Assembly (NCBI RefSeq): GCF_019464535.1
Contig: NZ_CP080507.1
Location: 2,130,001 to 2,162,000 of the forward strand
Source of the DNA: Horticoccus luteus
GTDB lineage: Bacteria; Verrucomicrobiota; Verrucomicrobiia; Opitutales; Opitutaceae
Reading direction: 5' to 3'
Length of the DNA: 32,000 nucleotides
The first letter of the stretch is position 1. The number at the start of each line of letters is the position of its first letter. A model generated the notes under the pieces. The model ran no database searches. It saw only the letters and a list, made by a program, of their open reading frames with translations, and had not been told where the DNA came from. This document shows, piece after piece, positions 8,440 through 14,658 of the stretch. The translations under genes were made by a program, and so were the position numbers.

Positions 8440-10677
8440 ATGCAACTTCGCGACCGTATCCTCGCCCGCCTCCGCGAGCCCGATTATCAACCTGCCAACG
8501 AACTCGCCCTCTCGCGTCAGCTCGGGCTCAATAAAAAACAGCGCGCCACGCTGAACTTCGAGGTGCGCCGCCTTCTCGCCAGCGGCCAGCTCGCCCGCGT
8601 GCAAGGCGACCGCCTCGGCCTTCCCCGCGCGACCGCCGAACACGCCGGGCGCCTCATGTTTCGCCAAGGCGGCTCCGCTTACATCATCCCCGACGTGCCT
8701 TCCGGCACGCCACCGGTGGATCCCATCCAGATCGCGCCCGACGACACCGATGTCGCGTTTCACGGCGACCGCGTCGCCTACACGATTCTGAAGGGCGTGA
8801 AAACCCGCCGCCCCGGTGAAACCGCCGGTCGCGTGCTGCGCGTCATCTCGCGTGATCGCGCCACGATCGTCGGCAATCTTGGGCGCAGCGGCCGCGACTG
8901 GCTCGTCGCCGCCGATGATCCGCGTTTCGTCCACGACGTCCTCGTCGAGGATCCAGCCAAGTCCGACGTCCAGCCCCGCCCCGCCGCCGGCGACAAAGTC
9001 GTCGTGCGCCTCAACGAGTGGAAACGCCGCCGTGACGTCATCACCGGCACCATCGTCGACCGCCTCGGCCGCACGCACGAGCCGCGCGCCGAGCTCCTCG
9101 GCGTGTTCGTGAAATACGATCTCGATCCCGATTTCCCTGCCGACGTCCTGCGCGAAGCCGACGCGTTGCCCGCCACCGTGAACCCGCGCGAACTTGTCGG
9201 CCGGCTCGATTACCGCGAGGTGCCGACGTTCACCATCGATCCCGACGACGCCAAGGATTTTGACGACGCGCTCTCCGTCGAAACCCTCGACAACGGCGAA
9301 ACCCGCATCGGCATCCACATCGCCGACGTTTCTCATTACGTGCAACCCGGCACCGCGCTCGATCGCGAAGCCCAGCGCCGCGGCAACTCCACGTATCTCG
9401 TGGGCACGGTGATTCCGATGCTGCCGGAAAAGCTTTCCAACGGGTTGTGTTCGCTCGTCGAAGGCCAGATCCGCCTCACGAAAGCGGTCTTTCTCACCTT
9501 CGCCAAAAACGGCCGCCTCGTGAAAACCGCGTTCGCCAACACCGCGATCCGCAGCCGCAAGCGCCTCACCTACAAACAAGCCTACGCCCTCCTGTTCGAG
9601 AACGATCTCGAGCGCGTGCGCGCCCTGCCCGTGCCGCCCAAACACCAGACCGGCTCAACCGGCCGCACGTTGCGCAGCTTGAAACCCGCCGAGCTCGCCG
9701 ACCTGCAAACCTGGGTGCGCCAGCTCTGGAGCATCGCCTCCAAACTCCGCACCAACCGCATGGCCGGCGGCGCACTCGACCTCGACATGCCCGAGACGAA
9801 AATCTTCGTCGACGAGCAGGGCTACGCCGACCGCCTCGAACGCGTCGAGCACGACGAAAGCCACCAGCTCATCGAGGAATTCATGCTCGCCGCCAACGAA
9901 GCGGTCGCGCGTGTCACGCGCGTTCATCATCTGCCGTCGCTCTACCGCGTCCACGACGAGCCCGACCCTGAGAAACTGAACGAATACCGCGACACGCTCG
10001 CCACCTTCGATCTCCACGTCGGCGACCTCACGAAGCGCGACGAACTGACCAAACTGCTGGTGCGTCTCCGCGACCATCCCCAAGGCTACACGTTGCGCAC
10101 GCAATTGCTGCGCAGCCTCCGCAAAGCCGCGTATCGCGCCACCGCCGACGGCCATTTCGGACTGAACAAACGCGACTACACCCACTTCACATCGCCGATT
10201 CGCCGCTACGCCGATCTCGTCGTCCACCGCGTCTTCGATTACTACCTCATCAAATTCGCCGGCCACCCGCAGCCCGCCGGATACCGTTTCGGTTACGATC
10301 AGGCCGCCATGCAACGCATCGGCGAGCATCTCAGCCTCACCGAAACCAACAGCCAGGAAGCCGAACGCGAGAGCGTGAAAATCAAGCTGCTCGAGTTTTT
10401 CGAGCGCCAGCTCGAGCGCAAGGAGCCCACGCGCCTCACCGCGATCATCACCGATGTCCGCAGCCGCGGCTTCTTCGTCGAACTCGAGGAGTCGATGACC
10501 TTCGGTTTTGTTTCTGCGGAAAACCTGCCCAACGACACCTACGTCCTCAACGCCGCCGGCACCGCCCTCGTCGGCCGCCGGCGCAAGCAAAAGTTCGAGC
10601 TCGGCGCGCGACTTGACGTCGTCGTGAAGAAGGTCGACCGGTTCCGTCGGCAGATCGATTTCGCTCCTGCCGGTTAA
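8440..10677 (+). CDS. rnr: Ribonuclease R (3'-5' exoribonuclease; HTH, cold-shock, RNB and S1 domains)
   Basis: The track ORF 8380-10677 contains RNB-domain blocks (TIDPDDAKDFDDALS, GIHIADVSHYV, STYLVGTVIPMLPEKLSNGLCSL, HFGLNKRDYTHFTSPIRRYADLVVHR) and a C-terminal S1-like region (GFFVELEE...). I prefer the ATG at 8440 (MQLRDRILARLREPDYQP...), which resembles RNase R N-terminal HTH domains. The ATG at 8380 lies only 11 nt (8369-8379) from the divergent glgA start at 8368. Confidence 0.9.
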   Translation: MQLRDRILARLREPDYQPANELALSRQLGLNKKQRATLNFEVRRLLASGQLARVQGDRLGLPRATAEHAGRLMFRQGGSAYIIPDVPSGTPPVDPIQIAPDDTDVAFHGDRVAYTILKGVKTRRPGETAGRVLRVISRDRATIVGNLGRSGRDWLVAADDPRFVHDVLVEDPAKSDVQPRPAAGDKVVVRLNEWKRRRDVITGTIVDRLGRTHEPRAELLGVFVKYDLDPDFPADVLREADALPATVNPRELVGRLDYREVPTFTIDPDDAKDFDDALSVETLDNGETRIGIHIADVSHYVQPGTALDREAQRRGNSTYLVGTVIPMLPEKLSNGLCSLVEGQIRLTKAVFLTFAKNGRLVKTAFANTAIRSRKRLTYKQAYALLFENDLERVRALPVPPKHQTGSTGRTLRSLKPAELADLQTWVRQLWSIASKLRTNRMAGGALDLDMPETKIFVDEQGYADRLERVEHDESHQLIEEFMLAANEAVARVTRVHHLPSLYRVHDEPDPEKLNEYRDTLATFDLHVGDLTKRDELTKLLVRLRDHPQGYTLRTQLLRSLRKAAYRATADGHFGLNKRDYTHFTSPIRRYADLVVHRVFDYYLIKFAGHPQPAGYRFGYDQAAMQRIGEHLSLTETNSQEAERESVKIKLLEFFERQLERKEPTRLTAIITDVRSRGFFVELEESMTFGFVSAENLPNDTYVLNAAGTALVGRRRKQKFELGARLDVVVKKVDRFRRQIDFAPAG

Positions 10678-10688
10678 AAATCACCCGC

Positions 10689-11219
10689 ATGAAACACTAC
10701 GATTTCACCACTCGCTTCCACGTTCTTTACGACAAGGCCGTCGGCCTTTACGCCAAGGGCACGCGCGGAGCCGGCACGTTTTTCACCACCGAGGAAAGCG
10801 CGTTCCTCGCCGCCAACGGCATCGCCCCGCAGGCGCTGTATGATTACGCCGAGGACCAGACGAATTACAACGAACCGGGTTATGACCAGGCCTTGGGCAT
10901 CGAGCTCGTGCGCCGGGATTATTTTCTCAACGTCCAGCGCGGCATGCCCTCGAAGAACACGCTCAACGAGGAAAGTCTGCCGGGAAAGACGGAGACGGTC
11001 GAAGGCATCGAATGGCTGCTCCGCATCCTGCCGAAAGCGCGCGCCAAACTCCGCGGCGAGTTGCCCGCTTCGTTGATGTATTGCTGCGGCGGTGATCGAC
11101 GCTTTCTCAAGGCCAACGACATCTTGCCGGCGGAATTTCTCTCGCTGGTGTGGCGCCATGAGAACGACGACGCCTCGATCATCAAATGGGTCGTCGCGCG
11201 CCGCGCCCAGTCCGCGTAA
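10689..11219 (+). CDS. Uncharacterised protein; the C-terminal half resembles DUF5069
   Basis: 176 aa with strong GC3 codon bias in this frame. The C-terminal segment LLRILPKARAKLRGELPASLMYCCGGDRRFLKANDILPAEFLSLVWRHENDDASIIKWV matches my recollection of the DUF5069 pattern (LPRxIDKARAKLxGxL...Y.C..D..FL...G....F.......D..I..W). It starts 11 nt after the rnr stop. Confidence 0.65.
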   Translation: MKHYDFTTRFHVLYDKAVGLYAKGTRGAGTFFTTEESAFLAANGIAPQALYDYAEDQTNYNEPGYDQALGIELVRRDYFLNVQRGMPSKNTLNEESLPGKTETVEGIEWLLRILPKARAKLRGELPASLMYCCGGDRRFLKANDILPAEFLSLVWRHENDDASIIKWVVARRAQSA

Positions 11220-11228
11220 ACCGCTTCC

Positions 11229-11711
11229 ATGCTCACCTCGCGCCGCGACTACGTGCTTCGCTTGATCGACGAGGCCGGCGAATTCTTCCGCCGTGCGCTC
11301 GCGAAGCGCCAGGCGCACTCGCCGCAAGAAGCGCTCGAAGCCGTGGTCGCCGGCTGTGAGCGCTTGTTCGACCTCCCCTCCGAGCAGCTTTTCCAATTCA
11401 CCCCGGATCAGCAGGTGCTGCTCCTCGTGCGGGATGAACCCACCGACGTCGCCCGCGACAAAATTCTGCTTTACGCCGCCTTGTGCGCCGAAGCCGCTGG
11501 CGTCTACACGCAACTCGATCAGCCGACACTCGCGCGCGGTTCGCTCGTCAACGCGCTTCGCCTTACGTTGCGCGCTCAGCGCGACTACGCCAGTCCCACC
11601 GCACTCCCGGCCTACGCCCCCGACGCCGACGCCCTGGCCGACCAACTCGGCCGCGACACGCTCGACGACGAAACTGCGATGTGGCTGCAGCAACGCGGAT
11701 CGTCGAGCTGA
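11229..11711 (+). CDS. Hypothetical protein, predicted all-helical (TPR-like feel); no family recognised
   Basis: 160 aa with good GC3 bias. It starts 9 nt after the preceding stop. The competing 339-aa antisense ORF (10674-11693) has shadow-ORF composition. Confidence 0.55.
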   Translation: MLTSRRDYVLRLIDEAGEFFRRALAKRQAHSPQEALEAVVAGCERLFDLPSEQLFQFTPDQQVLLLVRDEPTDVARDKILLYAALCAEAAGVYTQLDQPTLARGSLVNALRLTLRAQRDYASPTALPAYAPDADALADQLGRDTLDDETAMWLQQRGSSS

Positions 11712-11784
11712 GTCCGTTTCGAACGCTCGTCCGGGTTACGCCGACAGCCCAGCCGCATCGCGTTCGCCGCCCGCCCGCGCGCGC

Positions 11785-13959
11785 TCAAAACAATTCTCCC
11801 TGCTCAGGCACGGGCGCCGGTTTCACGCCGAGAAACGGCCCGTAGCGCTCGATCCAGTCATCGAGCTTTTTGAGATAATACGCCGGATCGTAGGGCGCCG
11901 CGCTCGCGTCGTGTTGCGCGAGAGGCCGCGCCCGCTGCCAGTCCGACGTGCGGCCCGGCATTTTCGCCGTAATGTAATACGTCACGCGGTCGCCCATCCG
12001 CGGCCGCGGATCCATTAAGAGCGCCGCTTCCGCGGCGGCGCGCCGCGGCTTTCCTCCTCCGCTCACGAAGCGCTCGTAAGCATCCGCGTTCTGACTGAGC
12101 CCCTCCGTCTTCGCGATTTGCTCCACCGGCAACGCCCGACCCTGCAATTGTGTTCGCAGCGTCTCCGCCAAGACCAGCGGCGATTCCTGCGAAGCGCCGA
12201 GGAGAAACCGGATCAAACGCTGATTGAGCTGCTTCAAAAACGGCTCGATCCCCCGCGATCGCAGCGCGCTGCCGCGAAGCGTGATGCGTTTCCCATCATA
12301 GAGCGCGTAGTTCTTCGCTTTGTAGCAGAACATCGCCTCGTATTTCCCGTCGTATTCCAGCTCGATTCCCGGCGGCAGGATCGGCACCACGAGGGCCAGC
12401 AACGCGTCGGGGTCGTCGAAATAGCGATCCGACGACAGATAAATCCCGTCCGTATCCGCCTCGAGAATCGTGCAGCCATGACCCGCAAATGCGTCGATCA
12501 ACTGCTGCAGCAATTCGCGTCCACTTCTCGTCACCTCGGCCGCGAGTTCGCCGTCGCCGAAACGCGCCCCGGAAAATCCGAGATAGCCGTAAAATGAATT
12601 GATGAGGATCTTGAAACTCGCCTGCCGCGCCTGCGCTTCCGCGCGCTCCTCCGCCGACGGCGCCGTGCGCGCGAGCAGTTTGTAGCGCAGCCGGTAATCG
12701 CGCAGCGAACGCAGCAGCGGAATGAACACGCCGAGCGTATCCGTGCGCGGGTTCCGCCCGAAACTGAGCAGCAGGCTCGGGTAAAGCGACGCCACGTCGA
12801 AATGGAGCACGTGACGAAAGACGCCCTCCTGAAAACTGCGCGTGTAGCCGCCCTCGAATGGCTTGATTTCCGGCGGCGCCGGGCACGCGTGGCGCGCGTG
12901 ATAATACTGCTCGAGAAACAGCAGATCGATCTTTCCCGTCGTGCCGCGCAGCGTCGCATCCTGAAGCAAAATCGGGAACGTGCGCGTTTGCTCAAAATAT
13001 GTCGGCAACAGCAAATCGCTGATGCCTTTCGTCTCGCGCAAGTCGTCGCGCAAATACGCGAGAAACGTTTCCCGATCCTCGCGAAACGCGTCCTGAATCC
13101 GGCCGCCGTCGATGTAAGTGCGTTCGCTGTCCTCGTCCGTGATGCCGAAATAGATCGCTACATCCTTGAGTCCGAAGGCGGTCAACTCACGCGTGCTCAC
13201 GTCGTAAAGCTGCACCAGCAGAAACGTGTCGACGACGGCCCGCCCCGGCAGGTCGCACCGCGGAAAGTCCACCCAGCGCTCCGCCGCCTTCAATCGGCTG
13301 TTGCGAAAGGTGGCGTGCTGCCCGAACCGTCCCCACGCGCACGGCACCTTGAAGCGCCGGCCGCGCACCCGCAGGTAGTTCAGGTCGAATTTGAAGATGT
13401 TGTGCCCCTCGATCACGTCGGGATCTTCCTCGGCCAGCACGGCGTTGAGCTCCTCGAGCAGCGCCCGTTCCGCTTCGTCGGTTTCCTCGCGCAACACCAG
13501 CAGCCGCTCGCGATCGCCAAAACGCAGTCCGATCGCCAGCACGCGGTCCGCCGGCTTCGCCGGGTCGGGAAATCCGCGATCGGCGCACGCCGTTTCGATG
13601 TCGAGCTGGCACCGTCGCACCTGCGCGAACGTCAGGTCGGCAAACAACCGCGTTCGCGTCTGCAGCAGATATTGGCTCTCCGCCGGTCGCAACGCATCCA
13701 CGTTGGCAGACGCGTTGGCGTTCAGCAGTTCCGCAAACGCCCGCGTGTTTTCCGCGTGCGCCAGATGCGTGAAAACGCCTTCGCCCTTCAACGTCTCGAG
13801 GCGCACGCCCGGCACCGAAATCGCCGCCGCGTCCGGCCGCAGCCACGCAAATGGTTCATACGCGCCGTGCCGCTCGACGCGACCGCCCTCTTCCGCCGTT
13901 TCTGCGAGGTGAACCTGCCCGGCGCTGTCGACCCAGACACCACAAAGCGACGCGGCCAT
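11785..13959 (-). CDS. polB: Family B DNA polymerase with an intact 3'-5' exonuclease domain
   Basis: 724 aa. Exonuclease motifs: Exo I QLDIET, Exo II GHNIFKFDLNYL, Exo III-like YLRDDLRET. Polymerase motifs: A DVASLYPSLLL, B KILINSFYGYLG, C EADTDGIYL, plus KxY (YKAKNYA). Confidence 0.9.
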   Translation of the reverse strand: MAASLCGVWVDSAGQVHLAETAEEGGRVERHGAYEPFAWLRPDAAAISVPGVRLETLKGEGVFTHLAHAENTRAFAELLNANASANVDALRPAESQYLLQTRTRLFADLTFAQVRRCQLDIETACADRGFPDPAKPADRVLAIGLRFGDRERLLVLREETDEAERALLEELNAVLAEEDPDVIEGHNIFKFDLNYLRVRGRRFKVPCAWGRFGQHATFRNSRLKAAERWVDFPRCDLPGRAVVDTFLLVQLYDVSTRELTAFGLKDVAIYFGITDEDSERTYIDGGRIQDAFREDRETFLAYLRDDLRETKGISDLLLPTYFEQTRTFPILLQDATLRGTTGKIDLLFLEQYYHARHACPAPPEIKPFEGGYTRSFQEGVFRHVLHFDVASLYPSLLLSFGRNPRTDTLGVFIPLLRSLRDYRLRYKLLARTAPSAEERAEAQARQASFKILINSFYGYLGFSGARFGDGELAAEVTRSGRELLQQLIDAFAGHGCTILEADTDGIYLSSDRYFDDPDALLALVVPILPPGIELEYDGKYEAMFCYKAKNYALYDGKRITLRGSALRSRGIEPFLKQLNQRLIRFLLGASQESPLVLAETLRTQLQGRALPVEQIAKTEGLSQNADAYERFVSGGGKPRRAAAEAALLMDPRPRMGDRVTYYITAKMPGRTSDWQRARPLAQHDASAAPYDPAYYLKKLDDWIERYGPFLGVKPAPVPEQGELF

Positions 13960-13978
13960 GGCGCCGGATTCTCCGCGC

Positions 13979-14323
13979 TCAGAACGGCTTCACATACACC
14001 ATCACCAGCGCGATCAGCACCAGCAAAAGGGCTGTGAATGCCAGTTTGGCGCGCCATTGGGGCCGGCGGTAAGCGAAGCCCGCCATCGCCGACAACCCGG
14101 CCCAGCACACGAGCTTCACGACCATCCAGCCCGCAAAATGGTTGTGGTAAACTTTCGCAATCATCCCGAATCCACTCACCAACACCAGCAATGCCGCGAT
14201 GCCCGTGATCATCATTGTGCGCTTGCGGTTTTCGGGGAGCGGATTCGCAAACGCCATGAAGGTCTGCGCCGTGAGCACAAACAGGCAGAACAGGTGGAGG
14301 ATTTGGTAGTAGACTGGGTCCAT
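13979..14323 (-). CDS. Small integral membrane protein (about 4 TM helices; SirB2/YchQ-like architecture, tentative)
   Basis: An internal ATG at 14323 gives MDPVYYQILHLFCLFVLTAQTFMAF..., 114 aa of alternating hydrophobic helices. The upstream 37 codons of the track ORF are Arg/Ser-rich and not protein-like. The gene ends 19 nt upstream of the polB start on the same strand. Confidence 0.7.
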   Translation of the reverse strand: MDPVYYQILHLFCLFVLTAQTFMAFANPLPENRKRTMMITGIAALLVLVSGFGMIAKVYHNHFAGWMVVKLVCWAGLSAMAGFAYRRPQWRAKLAFTALLLVLIALVMVYVKPF

Positions 14324-14524
14324 AAGAAAAAGGTGACACCCCGCCTGTGCCGTATGCTCAAAGGCTCGAGACCTTTTTGAGTTAAGGTGGGCGCTTCCCC
14401 CGCAGCGTCTGCTTTCCGATTTACGGCCTAGCATCTTCCGCGACGGCTTCAGCTCCCGTAATGATTCAAAGGCAAAGAGCAGTTATTGAAAGCACCTCGA
14501 ACACTACAGGGTGTCGGGAGCGAC

Positions 14525-14639
14525 GGTAGGTCTCCGCCCCTGCTCGTCAAACGCGAATCAGCAATTCGCTGCAGCTTCCTTCCGCGGCCTGCATGATTTC
14601 CCTCGCGGGCCCTTGACTCACCTTCCGGGCGACCTACCC
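14525..14639 (-). ncRNA. Candidate SRP (4.5S/ffs-like) RNA. The alternative is a structured ileS 5' leader read on the + strand
   Basis: The minus strand reads GGGUAGGUCGCCCGGAAGGUGAGUCAAGGGCCCGCGAGGGAAAUCAUGCAGGCCGCGGAAGGAAGCUGCAGCGAAUUGCUGAUUCGCGUUUGACGAGCAGGGGCGGAGACCUACC (115 nt). The terminal helix pairs GGUAGGUC with GACCUACC and GCCC with GGGC. Inner helices pair GUCAA with UUGAC and UGCAG with CUGCA. The apex carries CAGGCCGCGGAAGGAAGCUGC, close to the near-invariant SRP domain IV motif CAGGUCCGGAAGGAAGCAGC, and both size and apex position resemble E. coli 4.5S (114 nt). Caveats: there is one extra nucleotide 5' of the GGAA loop and a C.A in place of a Watson-Crick pair. Two side hairpins (CCC-GCGA-GGG and GCGAAU-UGCUG-AUUCGC) are also possible, and these are not classical 4.5S features. 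Confidence 0.45.
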
Positions 14640-14658
14640 TCTCGCGCTTTTCTTTTAG

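Noticed and set aside
8365-11693. Long minus-strand ORFs 8365-9645 (426 aa), 9655-10590 (311 aa) and 10674-11693 (339 aa)
   Set aside because: They are antisense to rnr and the two downstream ORFs. Their composition (runs of G, A, V, R, E, D) is typical of GC3-driven shadow ORFs, and the plus-strand frames carry the recognisable RNB/S1/DUF5069 motifs and the high third-position GC.
14355-14385. A hairpin-like CTCAAAGG-ctcgaga-CCTTTTTGAG upstream of the small membrane protein gene
   Set aside because: The stem is short, A/T-rich and bulged, and there is no clear terminator or known motif context. There is not enough evidence to call a feature.
14461-14529. A 22-codon upstream ORF (MIQRQRAVIESTSNTTGCRERR) whose TAG stop lies in the 5' arm of the long hairpin before ileS; considered as a possible Ile-sensing leader peptide
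   Set aside because: It has only two Ile codons, and its codon usage (AGG, AGA, CAA, ATT) is unlike the GC3-rich genes here. No alternative terminator/antiterminator pairing was evident. I keep it only as a footnote to the leader hypothesis.
14435-14658. A T-box riboswitch upstream of ileS (and likewise upstream of tyrS, 26770-26992)
   Set aside because: I could not find the conserved T-box sequence (AAnnnGGGTGGTACCGCG-like) or a specifier-loop arrangement in either leader.
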